A DNA stretch of 64,000 bases from Chiloscyllium plagiosum. Lineage: Eukaryota. Position numbers and translations under genes: made by a program. Of the stretch, positions 12,544-24,319 are shown one piece after another. The DNA lies in the NCBI RefSeq assembly GCF_004010195.1, contig NC_057753.1, positions 4,902,878 through 4,966,877 on the forward strand, in the 5' to 3' direction. A model generated the notes under the pieces. It was not told where the DNA came from. It made no database searches and saw only the letters and a list, made by a program, of their open reading frames with translations. Positions within the stretch are counted from its first letter, which is position 1. Each line of letters starts with the position of its first letter.

Positions 12544-13139
12544 CTTCAGTCATTGGATTTTGCTGTTAATCACATCCAAGCCTGTGTTGTGTGTCTTGGG
12601 TCCATATATTGTCAATGTTAGTGAACCCCACAGCATTAAAAGGGGTTAATATTGTGGATAAAGGTCAAATAAAGTAACTTAGCTTTAAATTCTTGCTGTG
12701 TTAAATCACTTTTAATACCTTCGATTAACTTTGGGTCCTTTTTGAAGTGCTGTCCCTCCTCCATTCTCATTATTAGCAAGAGGAATGAGGTCATATAGCT
12801 TCTTTGTCACTAAGATTGAGGCAATCCAAACAGTTGCTTCCGTCTTTTCCGCGGGCCCACCGGGACAAACTCTCTCTCAAAGCTTACTCCTCTTCCGAGA
12901 CTGCCCCCATAGTTATCTCTGTCTTCTCCCTATCTCACTTTGTGGCCTCTGGGCTGATCACTCAACTCGCCCCAGCACCCCAAGCCTTTCCCACTGCACT
13001 TTGTGAATCCCTAAAGTAATTGCTGTTGTGTCCTGAGTAAATCCATTTCAGTAACGGACATTGAAATGTTTGCTGTAAGCGCACAGGGTCCAAATCCACA
13101 AACCCAAAAGGCCCAGTTTTCTCCTGGAGTTCAGCTCGA

Positions 13140-13620
13140 ATCACGCTCTCAATGAGGATCCATTCCCATTGTTTGGAGGACCAGCCTCTCCAGTTCGGTC
13201 CTCCAGGTCCGCCCCCTGTTACATATTGGTCCGGACCTGCCGTCAATCACATGCCGTTTCCATTGTGATTTAAAACATGCGTAGTGCCGCCGAACGACCC
13301 GATTCGTAAAGCGCATGCGTGGTTGCCATCTTTCCCTTCCGCCCCCGCCCCGGCCATCGATGGTCAGTCCGTTGTATCTCAGACCTCAACAAACGGTGAG
13401 AATCGGAGGGAGCGATGAAACGAATAGTGGATGCGTGGGAGAGGCTTCGAACGTAATTTATGTCCAGCCTCAAAGCCTGAACAGGATCCTCCCCCACGTC
13501 GGCAACAAAATGGATGATGTGTCGCGGCTTGCTCGCAGTGACAGGCCCCAGGGAACGGCCGCCATCTTTGTTAGGGTCACTGGGCCACGGGTGTCCGCCA
13601 TCTTTGTAGGGTGAGGGGCA
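13140..13620 (+). promoter_or_regulatory. CpG-island promoter and first exon, probably of ZNF-B
   Basis: CpG-rich; dyad 13174-13205, GC box, ATTGG, GCGCATGCG (NRF1-like) at 13311, donor aaacg|gtgaga at about 13394, two CCGCCATCTTT (YY1-type) sites at 13559 and 13595. Confidence 0.75.
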
Positions 13621-13790
13621 ATGTAATGGGAGGAGCTTGCTGCCCATTGTTCGGGATGGAGACAACTTGTCCATCAGGCTGCATTGGCCTTTCACAACAA
13701 GTGTCTGGTTGACGAGGCAGAGCTGTGGCACAGAAGAAAGCAAAGTCTGCTCCCTGTAATCCATTACCTGTTGGACATCCTGACACAAGT

Positions 13791-13886
13791 CCTGATTCCT
13801 GAAGAAGGGTTTATGCCCGAAACGTCGATTCTCCTGCTCCTTGGATGCTGCCTGACCTGCTGCGCTTTTCCAGCAACACATTCTTA
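13791..13886 (+). mobile_element. Penelope-derived short insertion with hammerhead-like motif
   Basis: 14-bp TSD ATCCTGACACAAGT (13777-13790 / 13887-13900); CTGAAGA-agggtttatgccc-GAAA-cgtc. Confidence 0.75.
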
Positions 13887-14053
13887 ATCCTGACACAAGT
13901 GACCTGCAGAGTCACGTGAAGACCCTGTGCATAAACTCCCAACCCTGAGTTGATGTTATCCTCAAATTGAGGGACGGTGACCACAATGTGTAACTGGCAA
14001 TATCTGTGATCTCCCTGGGCTGACACTGATGTGTTTTGTAAATTATTTTACAG

Positions 14054-14158
14054 ATATTGGAAGATGATTCGCAGTCAAGAAACTGAAACCAGACACCACA
14101 TCAAAATCTGACAGTGTCCTTTGATTCATCAGTACATCAATATTATTGGCCTCTGAAT
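14054..14158 (+). other. Candidate non-coding 5'UTR exon of ZNF-B
   Basis: ttttacag acceptor, ctgaat|gtaagc donor; homologous to the leader of the ZNF coding exons. Confidence 0.55.
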
Positions 14159-14204
14159 GTAAGCATTGAGATCCGTGTCATTACCACTTACTGTATAATA
14201 TTTT

Positions 14205-15162
14205 TGCTTTTATTATTTGTTATTCACATAAATGATCTGGATGTGAATGTACAAGGCATGATTAGTAAGTTTGCGGATGATATAAAATTAGTGAGTATCA
14301 TTGATAGGAAGGTTATCAGAAATTACGAAGAGATCATGATCAGATAGCGAAATGGGCTGAGGAGTTTGGGGGGTGGGATGCAAATAAAATTCAATACAGA
14401 TAAGTATGAGGTGCTGCACTTTGGAAAGTCAAACCAAGGTAAGACTTACACAGTCAATGGTAGGGTCCTGAGGAGTGTTGTGGAACAGAGGGACCTAATT
14501 GTACAAGTATATAGTTCTTTAAGAGTGGTGTCACAGGTAAACAGGGCGGTTAAGAAGGCATTTAACATGCCGGCCTTCATCAGTGGAGACATTGGGTATA
14601 GGAGTTGGGAAGTTATGTTACTGTTGTGTCAGTCGTTAGTGAGGCCGCACTTGGAGTATTTTGTACGGTTTTGGTCATCCTGTTATAGGAAAGGCATAGT
14701 TAAACTGGAAAGAGTGCAAAGAAGATTTATGAGGATGTTGTCAGGTCTAGTAGGCCTGACCTTTAGGACTTTCTTTCTTGGAACATAGGAGGATGAAGAG
14801 TGACCTTATTGAGGTGTATAAAATCATGAGGAGCATAGATTGGATGAATGCATATAGTCTCTTTCCCAGAGATGGGGAATTGAAAACTAGAAGGTGTAAG
14901 TTTAGGTGAGAGGGGAAAGACTTGAGAAGGACCTGAGGGACAACATCTTCATACTGACAATGGTGCGTGTATGGAATGGGCTGAGAAAGTGGTTAATTGG
15001 AGGTACAATAGCAACATTTAAAAAAAAGTCAGATAGCTACACGGATGGCAAGGGTTTAGGGGGATACGGACCAAATGTAGGCAGTTGGAACTAGCTGAGT
15101 GGGCAGCATGGAGCAGTTTGGGTCGAAGGGCCTGTTTCCATGCTGTATTACATTATGACTCT
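14205..15162 (+). mobile_element. CR1-type LINE (RT C-terminal half to 3' end)
   Basis: LFVIHINDLD..ISKFADD..KYEVLHFGKSN..LVRPHLEY..LERVQRRF. Confidence 0.92.
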
Positions 15163-15798
15163 AAATCCTACCTGTAGGTCTTGCCCGAATTAGTAAGTCT
15201 GAGTGTTCCCTGTGATCCTTTTACAATGGCCTAATGAGAATATAATTTCTTTATCCAGGTTTTCTGAACCCAACATAAATGGAACACCTCTCTGAAATCT
15301 CCCCTCAACCACAATACCTCTATCCATATTTTGCAACTAAAATTCCTCATTCCTCAAACCATTCTGGTCGACCTCCCCTGCTCCATCACTCTCGGGCACC
15401 CTCCCATCCTTCACAATGTGTGGCTGATCTCTGGTCAGGACAGATTCCAATGCTGTGTGTTCCTGTCTGTGATGTCATCATGCAGTGACGAGTGCGTGGT
15501 GACATCACCGCCCTCCCCAGGGACCTCCTCAACTGAGACTTTTCTCTGGCTCCAGTGCTCCTGGTACCTTTTGGTTTTTTTCAGTGGATTTTAAAGTGGA
15601 AAGCAATATAATTTTTTTTTAGCTTTCAATGACAATTTCCATCTTTTAGTGCTGTGTTCTGTTATCTGTCAAAGGGTTTGTGTGTCCCTGCGACTGATGT
15701 AGCTCCTTTACTGTGGATCTGAGTCCATGCCCATCCACTGCTCTCTCTCACCAATCACCTCTCTGCCAATGTCTAACTTCCTATGGCTCTAATGATTA

Positions 15799-16020
15799 CA
15801 GTAGTCCCCCCTTACCCACGACGGTTATGTTCCAGGGCCTACCATGAAAGCCCGAAACCGCTGATAGGAGTGAACCCATTTACTTAAATGAGAAGCATAC
15901 CTTCCCGGCAGCCTCCTAGTCCCTGGTGCTGGAACGTTCCCTATAATATGTTTGGGCTGTGGTAAAGGGCAGACAACTGAAACCACAGAAAACAATTCCA
16001 CAGATGTGGGGGTCGCCCTC
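15799..16020. mobile_element. Tigger/MER44-like Tc1-mariner (pogo) MITE, decayed
   Basis: TA-CAGTAGTCCCCCCTTACCCAC left end (MER44/Tigger7-like TIR); degenerate right TIR followed by TA. Confidence 0.6.
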
Positions 16021-17092
16021 TAGCGTATTTTAACTGTGTTTAGTATTCTGCTGTTCCTTTTGCTGATTTATGTAAAAATGAAGTTCTGACAATTGATTAT
16101 ATGTGGCATACTGACCAGTTTTATTTTCCCTGCTTATCTTTCACAGCCTGGAATTGTTTGTGGATTATTGTCCAATTTCACTTCTGCTTCTGAGCTTACA
16201 CTGTCTATCAAATTCTGCACCGTTTTTGTTTCCTGTAATTCATTCTGCACAGCCTAAAATTTTAACTCCTTTTCTCTCTCCACAGAAAATCCCTGAACTG
16301 CTGAATCCTTACACCGTTTGGTCTTATAATTTCAGATTTCGACCCGCTGCTGTATTTTTGCTCTGATTTTATGACAGGTCTTGGTTCGAGAACCAAGATA
16401 TTAAACACAGAGGGAGCTAATAAGTGCTGCTTTGTAGTAAATGGGGTGAAGTTACTGCGTTTTTGAGGACTTTGCAATCCAGAGAGAGCCAGAAATTTCC
16501 ACTGTGAATTCATCAAACAAGATCAAGTCTGAGATGGGGATCAGGTTGATAAGGATATGTTATTCTTCAAATGTAATGGGATGTTGTTAGTAGAAGAGTT
16601 TCTACAGAGATATTTTTAATTTAATCTTGTATGGATATATTGTGAAATGTTATTCTTGGGATTTTAGCATGTCTTGCAATTTTGAGCTCTTCTGTTGTTC
16701 TCTGTTACCTGTGAGAGGTTCATGGCTCTGAGACTGTTGTGGTTGCATTATTATGGATCAGAATCCATTGCTCGATTTCACCTCTGCGCTCCTTGCTTAC
16801 CTCGCTGCCATTGTCTAACTTCCCTGTGTCAGTAAGAACGATTTTAGTCAGCTTTGATGTTTAGCTTTCACTTTGCTGAACTCATGTCTTAAAGAAGTTT
16901 CACAGCTGACCATCCCTGACTATTGTGCTATTGAATTGACAGCTTTATCTTCTCACAGCAAGAAATTGTTTTTCCTGCCCTATGATCCACTTCTGAGCTT
17001 ATATTAACCATCAAATTCTGCACTGTTTTTAGTTCTGATAATTCATTTTGCACATCCTGAAACATCAACTGTGTTTCTCTCTCTCTCCACAG

Positions 17093-17198
17093 AAATGAGC
17101 CAATATTTGCCAATCTCCCATTGCCAGTGGAGATGATGATGATGTTTGGTCTTCTTGAATTACTGCAGTCAATATGATGAAGGTGCTCCCACAGCAAG
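17093..17198 (+). other. Candidate internal 5'UTR exon of ZNF-B, partly TE-derived
   Basis: Strong polypyrimidine acceptor (ctctctctccacag) and donor CAAG|gtaagg; homologous segments at about 9730-9830 and 50570-50690 (-). Confidence 0.4.
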
Positions 17199-18290
17199 GT
17201 AAGGAGTTACAGGTTATTCACCCATCAATGATAAGGAGCAGCACTATACCTTTTTGTATTTGCAACCTGTATTCTTTTCAAAATGTTCGCATTTTATGGA
17301 AATGTCATAAAACAACATTTCAGAACTGTACACAGAAGGAGCTATTTGGGAAGGAGACTCAGAAGGTTGTTGAGAAAGGTCAGTTTGAAGGATTACCTTA
17401 GAGGAGCATGTGAGGTGGACAGGATTAGGGAAGACATTCCAGAGCCTCAGGATTTACGAAACTGAAAGAAGAGCACCGAATGTGGAGCAATTAAGGTCAG
17501 GAATACCCATGTCACCGGATCTACCTTGGAGAGTTGTGAAGCCTGAGGAGAATATAGACGTAGGGAGAGGCCATCAAGGGATTTGAATATCAGGATAAGG
17601 ATATGAAATGTTTGGCGCTGCTTAGCCAGGAGAATGTGTCGGTCAGTGAGCACACATGAATGACCAACATTTAGTGGGAGTAAGCACACAGGCAACGAGT
17701 CTTGGGTGACCTCAAGATTTCAGGGAATTTGAAAATGGGAGGGTGGCCGGGAATGTACCTGGATGGTTAAATCAAGACATAACAAAGGAATGGACGAGAG
17801 TTTCAGCAGCAGATGAGCTGAGACTGGGGTGGTATTGGGTAATGTTATTGAGGTGGAAATAGGGGTTTTGGTGATGATGGGAATGTGTGGTTCAAAGCTT
17901 CTCTTGGGATGATATGTTTTATCTTGTTTGTGAACAGCCTGGTCAGTTGGCAGAGATTGGGATCAGGTTGGTGATGTTGGAGAGTGGCGTTTATAGCAGG
18001 GATTCAAAGCAGTGGCTTCAGTGTTCCCAATACTGAGATGAACTTTCAGGAAACAGCTGGGTGTTTGTGACAATCGACAGTTTTTGTAGTCACTTTTTCC
18101 CCTTGTCAGCCCCTCGCGTCGCCAGATTCATTCAACTCAGTTTCACAAACTGCCTTTGTTTTTGTGGGCTTTCTCACTCCCCTTTTTTCTGAATCAACTG
18201 TATTAAATAGGTTGTTTGAAAGGGAAGATTTTCAGTCGGGCAAGTGAAAACTGCATGACGTCGGGATCCAATATCATTCGGACTCTGAAC

Positions 18291-19076
18291 ATGGAAGGAA
18301 AAAGCACCATTCTCGGTATGGAGAAACCATACACATGTTCTGTGTGCGAGCGACATTTCAGCCGATCTTGTGACCTGTCAAGGCACAGGCGGTGTCACAC
18401 CGGGGATAAACGGTGGGAATGTGGAGACTGTGGGAAGGGATTCCGATCCCCATCCGAACTGGAAAGGCATTGGCGCATTCATACCGGGGAGAGACCGTTC
18501 ACCTGCTCTGAGTGCGGGAAGGGGTTCAACAATTCATCTAACCTACTGAATCACCAGCGTGTTCACACTGACGAGAGGCCTTTTAAATGTCCGGACTGTG
18601 GGAAGTGCTGCAAGAGTCCTGGGGACCTGATGTCCCATCAACTTGTTCACACTGAGGAGAGGCCATTCAGATGCTCTCACTGTGGGACTCGGTTCAAGCG
18701 ATCATCTGAATTTAGCGTCCACCAGCGCACTCACACTGGGGAAAGGCCATTCACTTGTGCTGATTGTGGGAAGGGATTCACTCGGTCATCCCACCTCCTA
18801 ACACACCGACAGGTTCACAGTGACGAGAGAGCATTCCGATGCCAGGAGTGTGAGAAGTGCTACAAAAGTTCTCGGGAACTGATGTCCCACCAACGTATTC
18901 ACACTGACGAGAGACCTTTCAAGTGCTCTCACTGTGGGTTCGCCTTCAGACAATCATCTCAACTCTCTGTACACCAGCGGGTTCACACCGGGGAGAGACC
19001 GTTCACTTGCTCCGAGTGTGGGAAGGGATTCACTCAGTCATCCCACCTACTCAGACACAAGCGAATTCACAAGTAA
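18291..19076 (+). CDS. ZNF-B: tandem C2H2 zinc-finger protein, 9 fingers
   Basis: MEGKST start matches the paralog starts (an upstream in-frame ATG at 18255 is possible); acceptor aatag at 18210. Confidence 0.92.
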   Translation: MEGKSTILGMEKPYTCSVCERHFSRSCDLSRHRRCHTGDKRWECGDCGKGFRSPSELERHWRIHTGERPFTCSECGKGFNNSSNLLNHQRVHTDERPFKCPDCGKCCKSPGDLMSHQLVHTEERPFRCSHCGTRFKRSSEFSVHQRTHTGERPFTCADCGKGFTRSSHLLTHRQVHSDERAFRCQECEKCYKSSRELMSHQRIHTDERPFKCSHCGFAFRQSSQLSVHQRVHTGERPFTCSECGKGFTQSSHLLRHKRIHK

Positions 19077-19594
19077 ATACAGTGATTGGATTTTGCTGTT
19101 AATTACACCCAGGACTGAACCAAGGTCATTGATGTCGATTTCTGTTTATGTCAATCATTTCCAGCCCAGTTATAGGTGTTAATATTCTGGATAAAAATCA
19201 ACTCCAATTGTTTCTTTTTGTTAACCATACCATGTGGGTCATTTTAATATCTCTAAAACAAGTTAGTTCCTTTAGAAGGGCTCTCCTTCTCACCTATCTC
19301 GTCCATTCCCACCTACAAAGTTTATGAAGCTTCTTTGTCACTCAGACTGAGACGGCCTTATCACCTGGCTCTGCTGCTTCTCTCCCTTCCAACATATCTA
19401 AGTTCCAGATTCTCTCCTTAAAGTCTGACTGTGGTTGAACTTCCCCACTCCTGTATGATTATTATATCACTAACATCATGAGTATCCACATTTAATTTGA
19501 AGAGAAATAAATAGGATATAGCATAGTAACGATGCCAAGATCAAGGCATATGAAAGTCCATCTCCAGAAGTTTAACTCCAGGAGTTGCCTCAGG

Positions 19595-20410
19595 CACAAT
19601 TTTGATGCCCTTACCTGAGGAGAGATACAGTTGAATTAGAGGCAGTTCAGAGGAGGTTGACTGATTCTAGGCATGAGGAATTTGTCTTGTGAAGTGAGAT
19701 CGAGCAGTTTAGATGAGATTAGATCCCTACAGTGTGGAAACAAGCCCTTCGGTCCAACCAGTCCACACCGACCCTCCGAAGAGTAACCCACCCAGACTCT
19801 TTTTTTTCCCTCTGACTAAAGCACCTAACACCATGGGCAATTTAGCATGGCCAAGTCACCCTGACCTGCACATCTTTGCACAGTGGGAGGAAACCCATGC
19901 AGACACAAGGAGAATGTGCAAACTCCACACAGACAGTCGCCCAAGGCTGGAATCAAACCTGGGACTCTGGCGCTGTGAGGCAGCAGTGCTAACCACTGTA
20001 TCGCCCTTTAGGAGATAGTTTGGGAGAATGAAAGGAGATCAAATTGATATATATAAGGTGCTCAAGCAGATTGACAAAGTAGCTGTAGACAGACAGGATG
20101 CTTCCTCATGTGTGGCTATTTAGATCGAGAGCTGGTAGTTTTAAGGTAAGGGGAAGCAGATGTAAAACCGAGATGAGAAATTACTTCCCTAAAAAAGGTC
20201 AAGAATCTGTGGAATTCACTCTTCCAGAGTGTGGCGAATGCTGGGATATTTTGTGTATTTAAGAGGGGGATAGACAGGTTTTTAATTAGTATTGGGTTGA
20301 AGGGTGACAGAGGGCAGGCAGGAAAGTGGAGTTGAATCCAAGATGATCATATTAAATGGAGGAGCAGGCTTAAGGCAGCAAATTGACTACTCGTGCTCCT
20401 AGTTCTTACG
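19595..20410 (+). mobile_element. Old CR1 3' fragment split by an HE1 SINE
   Basis: gaggcagttcagagg..gagaatgaaaggagatc..ctgtggaattcact..gctcctagttcttacg tail. Confidence 0.75.
19711..20006 (-). mobile_element. HE1-type V-SINE
   Basis: Reverse-strand head, V-domain and tail as at 2851-3163. Confidence 0.9.
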
Positions 20411-20428
20411 TTGTCTGGTTTCCTCAAA

Positions 20429-20666
20429 GTTAAAAATCACGCAACACCAGATAGTCCAACAGGTTTAATTGGAAGCACTAGCTTTCGGAGTGTCGCTCCT
20501 TCATCAGGTGATAGTGGAGAGCTCACTACCACCTGATGAAGGAGCGACGCTCTGAAAGCTAGTGTGCTTCCAATTAAACCTGTTGGACTATAATCTAGCG
20601 TTGTGTGAATTTTAACTTTGTACACCCCAGTCCAACACCCCACCCCAGTTGTGCATCTCCAAATCA
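20429..20666. mobile_element. Penelope-derived palindromic element with hammerhead motifs on both strands
   Basis: About 95-bp inverted arms; 13-bp TSD TGGTTTCCTCAAA (20416-20428 / 20667-20679); cac-CTGATGA-aggagcgacgctct-GAAA-gcta-gtg. Confidence 0.8.
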
Positions 20667-21727
20667 TGGTTTCCTCAAATTTACTGGAGCTGTACGATTT
20701 CTAACAATGAAACTGTTTGTGAAAGCTCATGCACAAATACATGGGAAATAAATGACAACACGGTGCGACAGGTTTGTGACAGGAGGAAAACAGGACAACT
20801 ATATAAAATACACACAACATCCCGTGATGAACTGAGATGAGCATTTCTCACATGAACAGTGTCCAGGCACAGGGAGGGATTCATAAAAGATTCCCTTCCG
20901 AGAAAACGCTGTGCCACAGAGAGGAACCAGAAAGTATGATTTATTCTCTTTCAAAATATTCTCATTTCAATGCTTAAATCCAAAGGAACATGACTACAGT
21001 TTTGTGGATAGTCTTTAAGGATACCCTGAAGCAGTAGTGACTTCAGTGAAACTGTTTTGCCCCTCCGGAGCAAGTGGGTTTTTCTGGTCAGAAACACTGC
21101 ACCACAAGTCTTTTCCAATTTCATTGATACCAGGATTTAATCGTCTTCCTCATTATTAATTGTACCTCCAGTTTGGAATAAATGCAACAATTAATAATTT
21201 ATTGTGTTTTTTGAGCAGCCTACTATCGATTTTAAAGATTTAATGAACTCTACTATCATCAACTGTAAATTACTAAATGTTTTTGTGACTCGGCAAAAAT
21301 CTTAAAATCAAAGTTTTGATCACTGAGTTTTCGAATATAATTGACCAGAGAGAAACTGTCAAAATCTACAATACGAAGGAAATTGTGGGTAATTGTGCAC
21401 AGAATACAAAGCTAGCACGCGGGTACAGCAGGTAATCGGGAAATGGCCCTTGTTTCAAGAGTGTTGGGAGGATAGAAGTAGGGAAATCTTATTGCAACTG
21501 TACAAGGTGCTGATGAGACCACATCTGGAGTACTGTGGACAGGTTTGATCTCCTTATTAAAGGAAAAATATCATTTTATGGAGGCAGTTCAGAGAAGGTT
21601 TATTGGGATGATCCCTGGTATGGAAGGATTGTCTTGTGAGCAAAAGGTAAACAGGTTGGGACTCTATTTGCTGGAATTTAAAAGAATGAGAGGTGATCTC
21701 ATTTGAAGCATACAGGATTCTCAAGGG

Positions 21728-21919
21728 TCGAGAGTGTGGTGCTGGAAGAGCACTGCAGGTCAGACAGCATCTAAGGAGCAGGAGAATCGATGTTTCGGGC
21801 TCTGCTTATTCCCGAAACATCGATTCTCCTGCTCCTCGGATGCTGCCTGACCTGCTGTGCTTTTCCAGCACTGCACATTCGACTCTGATGTCCAGCATCT
21901 GCAGTCCTCACTTTCTCCT
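21728..21919. mobile_element. Penelope-derived palindromic short element
   Basis: Inverted arms (ggagaatcgatgtttcggg / cccgaaacatcgattctcc); 14-bp TSD AGGATT(C/G)TCAAGGG with one mismatch. Confidence 0.75.
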
Positions 21920-22111
21920 AGGATTGTCAAGGGGCTTGCCAGGGTGAATGCTGAGAGGATATTTCCCCCCAATGGACAGTCTAGGACCTGAAGGCATAGT
22001 CTCAAAATAACTTAAGACTTAGATGAGGTGGAGTATCTTCTTTTAGATGGTTGAGACACTTTGAAGCTGCTTTTAACAGAAAGCTGTGCTGGCAGATTCC
22101 TTGAATGTATT

Positions 22112-22436
22112 GGGTGGCTCAGTGGTTAGCACTGCTGCCTCACAGTGCCAGGGACCCAGGTTTGATTCCAGCCTCGGGTAACTGCTGGGTGGAGTTTGCA
22201 CATTCTCCCTGTGTCTGTGTGGGTTTCCTACCACGATCCAAAGATGTGCAGGTTAGGGTAAATTGTCCATGCTAAAATGCCCATAGTGCTCAGGGATGTG
22301 TGGGTTAGGTGCATTAGTATGGAAAATGTAGAGTAATAGGGTAAGGAAATGGCTCTGGATGGGATACTCTTCGGCGGATCAGTATGGACTTGTTGGGCCG
22401 AATGGTCTGTTTCCACACTGTAGGGGTTCTATGATG
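22112..22436 (+). mobile_element. HE1-type V-SINE
   Basis: Head, V-domain and CR1-like tail. Confidence 0.9.
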
Positions 22437-23499
22437 ATATTTAAACCTGAGCTAGATTCTTGATCAAAAGGGGAATCAAAGGTTATGCGGAAAACTCAGG
22501 AAAGTGGATATAAGGAATATCAGAGCAGGCCTGACGAGCAAAATGGCTTTCTCCTGTTCCTATTTGTTATTGGCTTTTCTTTTGATCTTGTGAGGAAAAT
22601 ACAACACGTTATTGCTTTAAACCTGATACAACAAACCCTCTGAATACATACCAAGGAGACTATCAATACTCATTCATTGTCTGAGGATTTTTATTTTGCG
22701 CTTTCATGTCATTAACCTTCTGCAACCTATCCTAACCCTTCTGCCTGTTCATTTATTGAAACCAAAGACATTTCCTTTCTGTTCAATTATTGCTTTAAGT
22801 CAGTGCTTGAATTTTTTGTGCATTGTTTCATGTGTTCCCTCAAATGTTGAGATGTTTGCTCCAGCCCTGTAGGGTTTTCTATGTTTAAAGCCACATGTCG
22901 AAAGATCCAGGTTTCTGCTGAGGTTTAATTGGTTTACAAATGATCCACAGCTTCAGCCAGTGATGAGGATCTGGGCTCAGCCTTAGACTCCAATTGATCA
23001 GTTTACAACCTGCTCCTGCTCCATTCTTCTCTTCGTATTGGTCTGGAACTGCCGTTAATCACCCAGGCCCCACAGGGAGCAAAAGCATGCACTGTGTAGA
23101 AGCTGTAGTGGAACTGAGATTGTACCAATTTCTCCATCTGAAATTATAGGTTATAAAAAAAACAAAGTATTGCAGATGATCAGGACCTGATATAAAACAA
23201 AGTGCTGAAGAAATTCAGCAAGTCTGGCAGCATCCATGTAGAGAAAATCAGTTAACATTTCCAATTCAATAGTAGAGGGAACATCTTCTCAGAGGGTTGG
23301 AGTTCCAACCCGTAGAGAGCTGTGGAGACATAAGCTTTGTGTATGTTTCAGGCTGAGGTAGATTCTTGATGAGGGGTGAAGATCAAGGATTAGGAGAAAA
23401 AGCAGGAAAGTGGACTGAGGAATGTCAGATCAGCCACGATCCGATTGAATGGCGGAGCGGAATCGATGGGCCGAACGGACGATTCTTAATCCTTTTTTC

Positions 23500-23915
23500 T
23501 CTCGTGCTGACCGAGATTAATGGTGCGGCCTGTACCCAGCAGCCCCTGCGGCGGTGAAAGTCCCCTATTCACAACAGGAGAGTTGGACACATGCGCAGTA
23601 CAGCACTGTCCCGCACGCGTGTTGGACGAGATGGCGGTGGGGCTGAGAAACCGACGCTCTGCTCCCGATGAGAGGCGGCAGGGGAGCGGGGAGGCTGCAG
23701 TAATACCGCCAGCTCTGCACGAGTATCTCCAGGACTCTTGTGCTACAACTCTGGAGGGAGGGGGGGGGGGGTCCTCCAAGGAACCTGTCCGGGGCGACAC
23801 TGGGAGCCGTCGCCATGTTTCCCCTTGGAGAGCTGCGCGTGCGCGTTGAGGTGCAGTGCTCATGGTGCACGTGACCGGAAGCAGAAATGATTGACCTATT
23901 GATTTTCTTGTGAGC
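23500..23915 (+). promoter_or_regulatory. CpG-island promoter of ZNF-C
   Basis: CpG-rich; CATGCGCAG, GCGCGTGCGC, CACGTGA (E-box) directly followed by CCGGAAG (ETS); possible donor gtgagc at about 23910; acceptor tcacag at 24076. Confidence 0.7.
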
Positions 23916-24319
23916 CTGAAGAAATGGAGCCAAGCTGGGGAGAGGGAGAAGGATGGGAAAACTGGGAATGGGAAGAAGGCACAGGGAGTTTACTGCTTTG
24001 GGGAGCTAAGAAAGAACAAACTGTACAATAGAAAGCAGGATTCTCTGTCCTTAACCTTGTAAACTTCCTCTCACAGGGAATTAAAAGGGCGACACGTGGA
24101 AAAATTGGCCAAACACTGCACCGAGATCTGACTGAATCTCTCAATTCGACAGGACCTGACTATCGTCTGACTGCCACCTGAGGGGAAAGGATTCCAAACA
24201 TCAGTTTGACTGGAAAAGCACTGGCACACGTGAGCTGGAGTGTCCCTGTGAACTGACAGCAGGAAGAGCTTTGTTGCAGTTCCACAGACAGCAGGGAGAA
24301 AGATTCGCAGGAAGCTTTG

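Larger units (their letters stand above)
21385..22570 (+). mobile_element. Old CR1 3' region with nested palindromic element and HE1 SINE
   Basis: gagaccacatctggagtactgtg (RPHLEYC), agaatgagaggtgatctc (RMRGDL), CR1 tail. Confidence 0.8.

Noticed and set aside
13300-18210. KRAB, SCAN or BTB exon upstream of the finger exons
   Set aside because: No VTFxDVAV/EEW/VMLENY-like or other effector motif in the ORF track or candidate exons; the candidate exons contain stops. A divergent short domain cannot be fully excluded without an HMM search
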